A stretch of 60,463 nt of DNA, counting the filler. It is 7 parts of 7 records of this genome, joined end to end, with 100 filler letters (N's around TTAATTAATTAA, not from the genome) between each part and the next. Parts side by side here need not be neighbours in the genome. Positions count along the whole stretch, not along the records: positions 31,856 to 40,373 come from SRR31156797_57876; positions 40,474 to 48,559 come from SRR31156797_57926; 5 more parts are not named here. One strand, written 5' to 3'. The position numbers and the translations under genes are program-made. How positions within the stretch are numbered: position 1 is the stretch's first letter; every line of letters begins with the position of its first letter. The notes below the pieces were generated by a model. It ran no database searches and was not told where the DNA came from. It was given only the letters and a program-made list of their open reading frames with translations. Shown piece after piece: positions 36,215-45,021 of the stretch.

Positions 36215-38039
36215 CTTTTTTCTCGCGTACCGGTTTGGGTTTCATGATGCCGGTGGGCAGGGAGTTGTAGAAGTTCCAGAATTCAGGCCAGGTCGAGGTG
36301 ACTTCGCCGTGGTTTTCAAGCACGATACCGGGAACGGAGTAGGCAGCCAGAGCGCAACCCATGGACCATGTCGGGTCCGGGCTGAACCATGTCTCATCCC
36401 ATTGACGCTTTCCGGCTTTCAGTTCCACGCCTTCTTCGGTGATTTCGTAGGATGCCCCCATACGATCGAGCAATTCCAGAGCCGTCGGATCTTCGGCGCC
36501 AACCAGAGTGGCGTTGCCGACCTTGAGTGCCAGAGCCAGTGCCAGCGGCATGAGTTCCGGGTCTTCACCTAAAGTGATTGTTGCCTGTTCGGGCAGGGTT
36601 CCGTCCATGACGGCAACCACGTTTTCCGTGGCAACATTGATGCTCAGACCAAGGGCGCCGAGCTGTTCCAGAACTTTGTCCGCGTGATCATTTTTTGGCC
36701 AGTTCCCTTCGATGTTGATGGAGCCTCCACTGAGGACGGGCAGAGCCAGGAGCATGGAGTTGAGTTTGACGGAGAGCGGCAAAAGCGGATTTTCGTCAAT
36801 GGTCGGAATGCCGTCGGATATGGTGACGGAGTCTTTTTTCAGTGTGGCCTTGATTCCGCAAGCGGTCAAAACTTCGACAGCTTCGGCGACACGGACACGC
36901 GCGGCCTTGTTGAGACCATTGATGGTCAGGCCTCCGGGGAAGGACCATGCTGCCAGAGTCAGTGCGGCTGCGAATTCAGGGTCAACGTTGCCGGGCAGGG
37001 TGATTTTTTCATCCATGAAGCCGCCGCACTCCAACCGTACAGGCAGGCCGGGGTTGTTTGGGTTCATGGGAACAAGCCGTGCTCCGAGGCTCGGCAGTAT
37101 TTTGTTCAGAGAGGCTACGTCCAGCAGTTGCAAAGCCGGCTTGCCGGTGAATTTACAACGGCCTGCATGGCCCAGTGCGAGACAAAGCAACATGTAAAAG
37201 TTGAATGGGTCTTCGCCCACGAAGGCCATGTTGCCTTCAAATTCAAGGGTTTTTCCGCCTTCGTTCTTGATCCAGTCGTCGTCCCAGAAGATAGGAGCAC
37301 CGACTTGCTTCAGGGCTTTGGCCAAGTCCTTATTCGGTGCGTTCATTGTCACGGGGGACAAATTTGTCTTTGCACCGGAACTTGCGGCCATGGCGAGCAT
37401 CATGCGGGTGTAGCGGAAAGAACGGGGACCGGCGATACCGGCCTTGATACGATCCACACGAGGAGCGAGCTTGTAGCCATCGCCTTCAAACTTTTTGCGA
37501 ACATCGGCCAGTGAAAACTGGTTGAGCACGGTAAAGAGTTGTTTGGCGAGCTTGGCGTCAAGGCTGAGTTCTCCGGCCTTGCGGTCGAAGGAGCCTCTGA
37601 GCAGCTTTTCGAGTTTGGGATCGACAAGGGATTTTTGTCTGGATTTGCGCCATGCGCCTTCCTTGCGGATGAGGAACGCACGTTTTTCCAGCAGATGGAG
37701 AATCTGGTCGTCGATGTCGGAAATGTCGTTGAATCGATGGTTGGCTACAACTTCGGACTTAGCGGGAGCATCGTCGTCACGCATGGGCCTTTGTGGTTTG
37801 TTGCCGAAGAAATCACGGCCTCCACGGTTGCCGCCACCGCGTTTGTCGAATTTGCGGCCGCCGTCTCTGGGACCATCTCGTTTTTCAAATTTGCGTGGGC
37901 CGCGGCTTTCATCTCTGCGCGGGGCTCGGTTTTCGTCTCTGCCGGAGCGACTGTCGTCTCTGCGAGGAGCTCGACTGTCATCTTTGCGTGGGCGTTCCGG
38001 GGAGGGACCACCGCTGTCGTTTTTGCGGATCTTGATCAT
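36183..38039 (-). CDS. Fusion of an R/D/G-rich disordered N-terminus, a chorismate-mutase-like (AroQ) domain and a degenerate EPSP-synthase (AroA) fold
   Basis: ISDIDDQILHLLEKR...VDPKLE (AroQ-like). AroA-like blocks in order: GPRSFRYTRMMLAMAA, LAKALKQVGA, LPGNVDPEFAAALTLAA, DPTWSMGCALAA, VTSTWPEFW. Start MIKIRK (38039). Confidence 0.75.
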   Translation of the reverse strand: MIKIRKNDSGGPSPERPRKDDSRAPRRDDSRSGRDENRAPRRDESRGPRKFEKRDGPRDGGRKFDKRGGGNRGGRDFFGNKPQRPMRDDDAPAKSEVVANHRFNDISDIDDQILHLLEKRAFLIRKEGAWRKSRQKSLVDPKLEKLLRGSFDRKAGELSLDAKLAKQLFTVLNQFSLADVRKKFEGDGYKLAPRVDRIKAGIAGPRSFRYTRMMLAMAASSGAKTNLSPVTMNAPNKDLAKALKQVGAPIFWDDDWIKNEGGKTLEFEGNMAFVGEDPFNFYMLLCLALGHAGRCKFTGKPALQLLDVASLNKILPSLGARLVPMNPNNPGLPVRLECGGFMDEKITLPGNVDPEFAAALTLAAWSFPGGLTINGLNKAARVRVAEAVEVLTACGIKATLKKDSVTISDGIPTIDENPLLPLSVKLNSMLLALPVLSGGSINIEGNWPKNDHADKVLEQLGALGLSINVATENVVAVMDGTLPEQATITLGEDPELMPLALALALKVGNATLVGAEDPTALELLDRMGASYEITEEGVELKAGKRQWDETWFSPDPTWSMGCALAAYSVPGIVLENHGEVTSTWPEFWNFYNSLPTGIMKPKPVREKKDDTRRRIKIR

Positions 38040-38342
38040 AGTCTTACCGTCTTCCTTATAAATGATATGGTTCCTCTTCAAAAAAAGAGGAACCGACTTC
38101 CTACCGTGAAAGTTCCCGATATGCAAGTTTTGTAAATTGAGGAATTGATAAAGGGTAAGTTGCTTGTTTATTGTGCTTTTAATGTTGGCCGTGACGACGT
38201 GCTTATGATTGTGTTATGCAAATAATAATGAGTTCGGCGTATCAATTGAAGTGTAAAAATGGCGTATAAAACGTCATCAAGCGTGTGCGCACTATATGTA
38301 TCTCTTTGAATAGATGGTAGGTTCTTATAAAGGAGGTTCGCG

Positions 38343-38780
38343 ATGCGGAATATTTTGGTTGTGACATTGTTGTTTTGTTTTCTTGTCGCCGGGGTCGGTT
38401 GCGCCAACAAGGCCCAACAAGGAGCTACAGTGGGTGGTTTGGCTGGTGCGACTATTGGTGCATTGACCTTTAATGACAAATTGCTCGGTGCGGCTGTCGG
38501 TGCTGGTGTGGGTGTCCTGATGGGATATATTGTTGGTAATGAGTGGGACAAGAGCGATGAAAAACAGGTGCAGCATACACTTGAAAAAGGTCGTTCGGGT
38601 CAAGCGCAAACATGGACTAACCCCGATACCGGGGCAAGCTACTCTGCCACGCCTACGCCTCCTTATATGTCGGAAGAAAAGGTGTATCGCGACGTAGTCA
38701 TCAAGGATGCCAAGGATGGTCAGGAAATTATGGCCAAGGCCTGGCGTGATGACAATGGTGTCTGGCATCTCAAGCAGTAA
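38343..38780 (+). CDS. Glycine-zipper outer-membrane lipoprotein (Rickettsia 17-kDa antigen-like)
   Basis: Lipobox-like GVG-C; GATVGGLAGATIG / GAAVGAGVGVLMG; WTNPDTG. Confidence 0.85.
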   Translation: MRNILVVTLLFCFLVAGVGCANKAQQGATVGGLAGATIGALTFNDKLLGAAVGAGVGVLMGYIVGNEWDKSDEKQVQHTLEKGRSGQAQTWTNPDTGASYSATPTPPYMSEEKVYRDVVIKDAKDGQEIMAKAWRDDNGVWHLKQ

Positions 38781-38802
38781 AAGATTTAAACAGAAATAAG
38801 CA

Positions 38803-38839
38803 GAAGGGAGGCAATCAGGAAATGGTTGTCTCCCTTTTT
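38803..38839 (+). terminator. Rho-independent terminator
   Basis: aagggaggcaatc...ggttgtctccctt followed by T-tract. Confidence 0.7.
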
Positions 38840-38893
38840 ATCGTTTTTCGTGTCACTTGACATCTGTTCACGTCGCATTTAGGCCTTCCTCAC

Positions 38894-38942
38894 AGGGGAT
38901 GGAGTTCCCCTTGAACCGCCTGTTTGGCCGATAACTCCTGCC
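38894..38942 (+). ncRNA. Fluoride riboswitch (crcB motif)
   Basis: GGGGATGGAGTTCCCC...AACCGCC...GCCGATAACTCCTGC, with P1 GGGGA/TCCCC and pseudoknot GGAGTT/AACTCC; directly upstream of crcB. Confidence 0.9.
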
Positions 38943-38980
38943 GTTGATTTATTATGACCGCGGCGGGAGTGTTTTATTTG

Positions 38981-39007
38981 AAGCCCGCTGTACTGTGGGC
39001 TTTTTTT
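38981..39007 (+). terminator. Riboswitch expression-platform terminator
   Basis: aagcccgc-tgtact-gtgggc followed by T8, between the aptamer and the crcB RBS. Confidence 0.7.
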
Positions 39008-39038
39008 GTGTCCGTCAAACAAAGGAAAGGGGACTTCA

Positions 39039-39416
39039 ATGCTCCAGAAAATTGTTCTCATAATGGCCGCTGGTTCAGTCGGTACGTTGGCCCGTTATTC
39101 ACTTGCCGGATGGGCGCAACGGATGGCCGGTGCCGGTTTCCCGTGGGGAACGTTCGTCGTGAATATGGTCGGTTGTTTTACTGTCGGCCTGCTTTGGGCC
39201 TTGTTTGAAAGGCGGTGGGCCATTCCTGCCGAGACGCGAACCATAGTGCTCGTGGGTTTTATGGGCGCATTTACCACCTTCTCTTCATACATACTTGAGT
39301 CTGGGCTTATGCTGAGGACTGCGGATTGGACCGGTGCCGTTGTGTACATCGGCCTACAAAATATTATCGGTATAGCCGCTCTCATGGCCGGTCTTGCCGT
39401 CGCAAACTTACTTTAG
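39039..39416 (+). CDS. crcB: Fluoride channel Fluc/CrcB
   Basis: GTLARY, FPWGTFVVNMVG, GFMGAFTTFSS. Confidence 0.95.
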   Translation: MLQKIVLIMAAGSVGTLARYSLAGWAQRMAGAGFPWGTFVVNMVGCFTVGLLWALFERRWAIPAETRTIVLVGFMGAFTTFSSYILESGLMLRTADWTGAVVYIGLQNIIGIAALMAGLAVANLL

Positions 39417-39424
39417 GAGGCATC

Positions 39425-39751
39425 GTGCAACGTACGGAAACGATTTTCAGGCTGACTATGTATATCGGGGAAGAGCAGAAAGACGGTCATACACCGCTTT
39501 TCGAAGCCATTGTCAGAGAAGCTCGCAAACGGGGTTTAGCCGGAGCCACAGTCACGCGGGGAATCCTTGGCTTCGGAGCTCATAGTTCTGTGCGGTCAGC
39601 GCAAATACTTCGGCTATCGGAGGATTTACCCATAGTGATTCAGATTGTCGACGATGAGGCGAGGCTTCTCTCGTTGGCAGAGGATTTTAGCGAGAAAGTG
39701 GATCAGGGGCTTGTCATCATCGAACCCGTGCAAAAAATAGTTTTCAGATAA
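39425..39751 (+). CDS. DUF190 PII-like protein
   Basis: GTG start after AGGAGG; YIGE...GLAGATVTRGILGFG...LSEDLPIVIQIVD; usual crcB neighbour. Confidence 0.88.
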   Translation: MQRTETIFRLTMYIGEEQKDGHTPLFEAIVREARKRGLAGATVTRGILGFGAHSSVRSAQILRLSEDLPIVIQIVDDEARLLSLAEDFSEKVDQGLVIIEPVQKIVFR

Positions 39752-40080
39752 AAAGCAAGGAGGGTCTTTGGATACAAATGTTGTTATTCTGGGGGACACT
39801 CTTTGAAGTTTTCAAGACGGCCAAAGGTGTGCTCTTTGTGAGATGGCGAATACACGCAAAAATTGGCATTCCTGTTACCGTTACAGCAATGGTTTTTTGT
39901 TAGTTTATACTTTTGTAATAGTTAGTAATATCTTTTGTTGAACATGAGGCGATTTTTAAAGCGCTTTTTTTCACGTTCTAAATCGCACAATCTTTTTCGT
40001 GGAATATTTAGGGGGCAACCGTTCTCGTAACAGCGGTTTTGTTCTTCTGGCACTATGAAGAGCGAAAATTGATAAAGAAA

Positions 40081-40110
40081 AGAGGGGATTGGCAAAAACC
40101 AATCCCCTCT
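40081..40110. terminator. Terminator of sat (possibly bidirectional)
   Basis: agaggggattgg-caaaaa-ccaatcccctct perfect stem. Confidence 0.78.
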
Positions 40111-40142
40111 TGAATAGTCAGCTTGAGCCGACCGGCAGACAC

Positions 40143-40373
40143 TTACATGTCAGCGCCGGAAGCAGCCTTCTGCATTTTGACTTCAACCTTTTCGGTCAGG
40201 CTGCCGTAGTATTCGCGCAGGCGAACGAGCACTTCGTCACGACCGAAGTGGTCGACGACTTCAGCGCCTTCGGACAGGGCTTTACGCAGCTTGGTGCCGG
40301 ACAGGATGACGCGGTCTTCTTTGGTATGGGGGCACGTACGCATGGAAGCCATGCCGTCGCACTTGTAGCAGTA
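40143..40373 (-). CDS. sat: Sulfate adenylyltransferase, C-terminal end (5' truncated)
   Basis: [16 protein letters not shown] (Zn site), [17 protein letters not shown]; typical of dissimilatory Sat of Desulfovibrionaceae. Confidence 0.9.
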   Translation of the reverse strand, partial: YCYKCDGMASMRTCPHTKEDRVILSGTKLRKALSEGAEVVDHFGRDEVLVRLREYYGSLTEKVEVKMQKAASGADM

Positions 40374-40473
40374 NNNNNNNNNNNNNNNNNNNNNNNNNNN
40401 NNNNNNNNNNNNNNNNNTTAATTAATTAANNNNNNNNNNNNNNNNNNNNNNNNNNNNNNNNNNNNNNNNNNNN
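40374..40473. other. Artificial contig linker
   Basis: N44-TTAATTAATTAA-N44. Confidence 0.98.
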
Positions 40474-40621
40474 ACTTTTATAATATCTTCTGTAACGATT
40501 TAACTGGTATTAAGTGTTAAATTAGAAAAGGCTGTGAAAGGGATCGGCCCATCCTGCCGCGGAAAGGTAAAAAAAACCGAAAACACCCCTCCTTCCCGCG
40601 AAAATGGAACCGTTTTAGCCA

Positions 40622-40638
40622 TTGGCACAGGAATTGCT
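40622..40638 (+). promoter_or_regulatory. sigma54 (-24/-12) promoter
   Basis: TTGGCAC-AGGAA-TTGCT matches TGGCAC-N5-TTGC; ends 25 nt before the ATG at 40664. Confidence 0.8.
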
Positions 40639-40663
40639 TTTACAGTTGTCAGGAGAAATTAAT

Positions 40664-41860
40664 ATGAAGACTTTTTTTAAAAGGCACAGGCGCAGCATCA
40701 TACTCGTCAGCGCCGTACTCATTCTGTCCGGAGGAGTCACGGCCTATCTCATCGCCTTTACGGCCCGCCCGGAAATACCGGAAGAGAAGGATCAGGCCCG
40801 TCTGGTCGAGATCCTTCCCTTGAGCTACGGCCCCTATACCATAACCATAAAGGGACAGGGATTCATCAGCCCCTCCCGCTCCCTGGTCATAGCCGGCAGA
40901 GCGGGGGGCAGGATAGTGGAAAGCATCGGCAACCTGAAAAGCGGAACCGCCGTTGAACAGGGAGAGCTGCTCGTACGCCTGGACGACGAGGTGACACAGA
41001 ACAGCCTCTCCCTCGGACGGGTCGTCCTTATCCGCTCCACCGCACAGCTCTGTTCGGCCCTGAAATCGGAGGGAGGGCATCTCTATGATAAGTGGAACGC
41101 CTATCTGAAGCGCCTGAATACGGGCATCACCCCCGCCCTTCCCGCTCTGGAGTCGGAAAGGGAGAAGCTGATGACGGGCACCTACGGCGTCCTGGAGGCC
41201 TATTACCAGGTCCGGGAGCTGGAGGACAGCCTGGAAGACTACAGACTCTACGCCCCCTTCGCCGGTCATATCGACGGCGACGGGATACAGCTGTACAGCA
41301 TCGTCTCTCCGGGGGAAGCCCTTCTGACCCTGACGGATACCCGGGTGCTTGAGATCTCGGTTCCCCTGACCCGGGACGAACTGCTTCGGCTGGACGCCGG
41401 AAGCAGTTCGGTCACCATACATGCGGCGGGCAGGGAAGACGCCATGCTCACGGGAGAGATACAAAGGAAGGATGCCGTGATGAGCCGGGACTCCCAGACC
41501 GTGGACGTCCATGTCGTTTTTGAGAATCCCGAGCAGAACCCCCTCTTCTTTCCCGGCAACTTCGCCGAGGTGGAGCTTTCGGGCAGGACGCTGGAGAGGG
41601 CCCTCCCCTTTCCGCGGGCCCTGATCAACGGGGATGATACGGTGAACGTTTGGGAAGAGGGAGAGCTGAGGAAGTATCCCGTCAGGGTACTGCTCTACGA
41701 CGGAGATACGGCTGTCCTCGCCCCGACCCTTCCCGAGGGAGCCAAGCTGATCACCACCCGCATCCAGAAACCCTTCGAAGGGATGGCCCTCAAGACGGAA
41801 GAAAGTGAATCGGGAGAAAGCGACAAGGCCGAAGGCGCCGCGAAGGAGGACGGAGAATGA
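40664..41860 (+). CDS. RND efflux periplasmic adaptor (MFP)
   Basis: N-terminal TM, lipoyl halves GGRIVE...GELLVRLDD and LYAPFAGHI, FFPGNFAEV; RBS AGGAG before ATG 40664. Confidence 0.88.
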   Translation: MKTFFKRHRRSIILVSAVLILSGGVTAYLIAFTARPEIPEEKDQARLVEILPLSYGPYTITIKGQGFISPSRSLVIAGRAGGRIVESIGNLKSGTAVEQGELLVRLDDEVTQNSLSLGRVVLIRSTAQLCSALKSEGGHLYDKWNAYLKRLNTGITPALPALESEREKLMTGTYGVLEAYYQVRELEDSLEDYRLYAPFAGHIDGDGIQLYSIVSPGEALLTLTDTRVLEISVPLTRDELLRLDAGSSSVTIHAAGREDAMLTGEIQRKDAVMSRDSQTVDVHVVFENPEQNPLFFPGNFAEVELSGRTLERALPFPRALINGDDTVNVWEEGELRKYPVRVLLYDGDTAVLAPTLPEGAKLITTRIQKPFEGMALKTEESESGESDKAEGAAKEDGE

Positions 41861-44800
41861 AGAAACTAATCCGATACTTCGTCGACAACCGCCTTCTGAC
41901 GAACTGGCTGATGATCCTTATCTTTGCGGCGGGAACCTTCGGCCTCCTGAACCTGAAAAAAAGGATCTGGCCGATGATCGAATTCGACTGGATCACCATA
42001 GAGATGGGTTGGTCCGGCGCCTCGGCCCTGGAGGTGGAGGAGGGACTGGTCCTCCCCCTGGAAGAGAGGCTCCGCGGCATCGAGGGAATCGAGAAGGTCA
42101 GTTCCACAGCCTCCGACGGCTGGGCCAACTTCGGCCTGGAGACCTCGTCCCGCAGCGACATTAGCAGAATCATAGACAAGGTCCGGCAGGAGGTAGAGTC
42201 GGCCGGTCTTCCCGATGGGGCCGACAAGCCCGTCATCTACCAGGAAACCGAGTGGAACCGGGTGATGCTCCTGTTCATCTACGGCCCCGACGATCCGAAG
42301 CTCCTGGAGGATGTGGCCGAAGAGTTCAAGGAGGAGCTGCTCCGTACCGGAGAGGTCACCCAGATAAACACCTGGGGCTTTCCCCAGGAGAAAATCATCC
42401 TCGAACCCCGCCCGGAAACCCTGACCCGGTACGGATTGACCATGGACGACATCGAACAGGCCGTCCGGACCGGAAGCCTGGACCTTTCGGCCGGTTCCAT
42501 CCTGACCGACAGCGAACAGATTCAGATCCGGACCTATGAAAAGAAAAGAGAGATCCCCGAATTCGAGAATCTCCCCGTCAAGGTGATGGAATCGGGCCGC
42601 ATCCTGAGGTTGAAGGACATCTGCTCCCTCCGCCGGGGACGGGCCGAGAACGCCGTTTATACGAGGGCCAACGGGCGGAATGCGATCGGCCTGCAGATCA
42701 TGTACGGCAACAACGAGGACGTGGTGGGCATCTCGAAGATCGTGGACGGCATGCTTCCCGATTTTCAGGAACGCTACAAAGGGAACGTAACCTTCCAGAC
42801 CTATATACGGGACGTGGACGAGCTTCACGAACGGCTGGGCACGCTGACCAAGAGCGGTCTGGGAGGTCTGCTGCTTGTCATGCTGGTCCTGGGCCTCTTC
42901 CTGAATACCCGCATCTCCTTCTGGGTGGCCATGGGCATCCCCATATCCTTTATGGGCCTGGTGTTTCTGGAATGGGTCATGGGCATAACCATCAACGAGA
43001 TGTCCCTCTTCGGCATGATCATGATCATCGGCATCCTGGTGGACGACGGGATCGTCATCGGCGAGAGCATCTACGACCACTGGCACCGCCTGGGCAAGAG
43101 CCGGACCCGCGCCGCCGTAGACGGTACCATGGAGGTGCTCTCCCCCGTACTGATCTCCATCGCCACCACCGTCGTGGCCTTCGCCCCCTACTTCTTTATC
43201 TACGGAGAGATGGGCAAGTACGTCAGCCAGATAGGGCTGGTGGTCATCGTCAGCCTCCTCTTCTCCCTGGTGGAGGCGGCCATCCTGCTCCCCGCCCATC
43301 TGGCCCATTCGGCGGCCCTGAGCGAGGAGGCGAGGACGCCCGGCCCCCTGCGCGCCAGGCTGCAGGGGATGCAGGACTATCTGGTCAACAGGATCTACAC
43401 GCCTTTCCTGGATTTCGCCCTGGGACACAGGGTCTTTATCCTCTCCCTTCTTGCCGGAGCCCTGATGATATCGGCCGGCGCCTTTGCGGGACAGCATGTA
43501 AAGGCGGCCTTCTTCCCCGAGATTGAGTCCCCCTATGTCTACGCTGAGTTCAGCTTTCCCGCCGGTACCACCGCCGTTACGGTGGATGAGTTCAGGGAAA
43601 GGACCGAGAAATTCATGCTGGACTTCGGGGAGAGCTGGGCGGAGGATGACAAGGACCATGACAACGTAGTGGTTGACTACCTCTCCTGGGGGAACGGGAC
43701 CAAGCTCTGGGTCTATCTGATCCTGATCGACAACGAAGTGAGGAGCTTCACGGTCAACGAGTTCTCACTGGCCCTGGCCAGAGAGATACCCGAAGACCCG
43801 GTCCTGGAATCCATGTTCATCGGCAGCGACTCCATGTTCGGCGGCAGCCCCATATCCATCCGCTTCCTGGGTCGCTCGGACAGAGAGCTGCGCCGGGCGG
43901 CGGACCTGTTCAAGGCCGAGCTGGCGGGGATAGAGGGGGTCAAGGACATCCGGGACGACACCCCCCTGGGAGAGAAGGAGTTCGTCATCAGTCTGAACGA
44001 CAGGGGACGGGCCCTGGGACTGACCACCGCCGACGTGACCGGACAGCTGCGGAACGGTTTCTACGGCAGCGAGATCATGACCCTTCAGGAAGGGCGTGAC
44101 GAGGTCCCCGTTCTCCTCCGCTATCCCCTGGACGAAAGGGACTCTCTGAGCCGGGTGGAAGAGCTGCTGATCCGAACCCCTTCGGGCGCCGGCATCCCCT
44201 TCAAGGAGATAGCCGACTACAGGATACAGCGAAGCCGGAAACGGATCCGCCGGGAGAACGGTTACCGCTCCCTCCGGGTCATGGCGGGCATAGACAGCGA
44301 GAAGGCCGAACTCAACGTGGTGATGAACGAGATCAACAGCAAAATCCTCCCCGAGATCCTGGACCGGACCGACGGGATCAGCCTGAGCCAGGGGGGGCAG
44401 GCGGAACAGGTGAACAAGATGGTCCGCTCCATGCTCTTCAGCATGGCCATGGCCCTGCTGCTGATGTTCACCCTCCTCCTCTTCGAGATGAAGTCCTGGG
44501 GGCAGGCCCTCCTCGTTTTGAGCCTGATCCCCCTGGGATTTATGGGAGCCGTCTACGGCCATATGATTATGGGCAAACCCGTTTCCTTTATCTCATTCCT
44601 GGGTTCCGTGGCCCTGGGGGGAATCATCGTGAACGACTCGGTGGTTCTGATCGACTGCTTCAACAAGAAACTGAGAGCCGGCATACCCCGGGCCCTGGCG
44701 GTCAGGGAGGCGGCGGTGCAGAGATTCCGGCCCATCATCATGACGACCCTGACCACCTCCATCGGCCTGACGCCGCTGATCTTTCAGAAGAGCGTGGGCG

Positions 44801-45006
44801 GCCAGATGCTGGTGCCCATCGGGATATCCATCGCCTGGGGACTGGTCTTCGGCACCTTCCTGACCCTGGCGGTGCTGCCGGTCGTTCTCTCCATGATGGG
44901 TTCCCGCCGTGACGAGCAGCCTGTGGAGAAGATCGTACGCGGGGACGAAGACATTCAAAAGGAAGAGCCTTTGCCCGAAGCTGAGTTTACCCTGCTTGCC
45001 GAATAG
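41857..45006 (+). CDS. RND efflux transporter (AcrB/AcrD/AcrF family)
   Basis: 1049 aa; GILVDDGIVIGE, RFRPIIMTTLTT; 4-nt overlap with the MFP gene. Confidence 0.93.
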   Translation: MKKLIRYFVDNRLLTNWLMILIFAAGTFGLLNLKKRIWPMIEFDWITIEMGWSGASALEVEEGLVLPLEERLRGIEGIEKVSSTASDGWANFGLETSSRSDISRIIDKVRQEVESAGLPDGADKPVIYQETEWNRVMLLFIYGPDDPKLLEDVAEEFKEELLRTGEVTQINTWGFPQEKIILEPRPETLTRYGLTMDDIEQAVRTGSLDLSAGSILTDSEQIQIRTYEKKREIPEFENLPVKVMESGRILRLKDICSLRRGRAENAVYTRANGRNAIGLQIMYGNNEDVVGISKIVDGMLPDFQERYKGNVTFQTYIRDVDELHERLGTLTKSGLGGLLLVMLVLGLFLNTRISFWVAMGIPISFMGLVFLEWVMGITINEMSLFGMIMIIGILVDDGIVIGESIYDHWHRLGKSRTRAAVDGTMEVLSPVLISIATTVVAFAPYFFIYGEMGKYVSQIGLVVIVSLLFSLVEAAILLPAHLAHSAALSEEARTPGPLRARLQGMQDYLVNRIYTPFLDFALGHRVFILSLLAGALMISAGAFAGQHVKAAFFPEIESPYVYAEFSFPAGTTAVTVDEFRERTEKFMLDFGESWAEDDKDHDNVVVDYLSWGNGTKLWVYLILIDNEVRSFTVNEFSLALAREIPEDPVLESMFIGSDSMFGGSPISIRFLGRSDRELRRAADLFKAELAGIEGVKDIRDDTPLGEKEFVISLNDRGRALGLTTADVTGQLRNGFYGSEIMTLQEGRDEVPVLLRYPLDERDSLSRVEELLIRTPSGAGIPFKEIADYRIQRSRKRIRRENGYRSLRVMAGIDSEKAELNVVMNEINSKILPEILDRTDGISLSQGGQAEQVNKMVRSMLFSMAMALLLMFTLLLFEMKSWGQALLVLSLIPLGFMGAVYGHMIMGKPVSFISFLGSVALGGIIVNDSVVLIDCFNKKLRAGIPRALAVREAAVQRFRPIIMTTLTTSIGLTPLIFQKSVGGQMLVPIGISIAWGLVFGTFLTLAVLPVVLSMMGSRRDEQPVEKIVRGDEDIQKEEPLPEAEFTLLAE

Positions 45007-45021
45007 GGGGAGCGCAAGGAC

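Noticed and set aside
36183-38039. Functional aroA call
   Set aside because: The catalytic and substrate-binding motifs are missing, so no gene symbol was assigned.
39752-40080. AT-rich intergenic stretch as an sRNA, Rex site or sigma54 promoter
   Set aside because: Only half-site matches (TTCGTG, TTTCACG, TGGCA-N6-TTAC); it lies between convergent genes and shows no convincing ORF or structure.
41866-43659. Long antisense ORFs (597 aa here; also 32163-33599, 20089-21222, 7790-8947 and others)
   Set aside because: They are shadow frames opposite well-supported genes in GC-rich DNA and carry no recognisable motifs.
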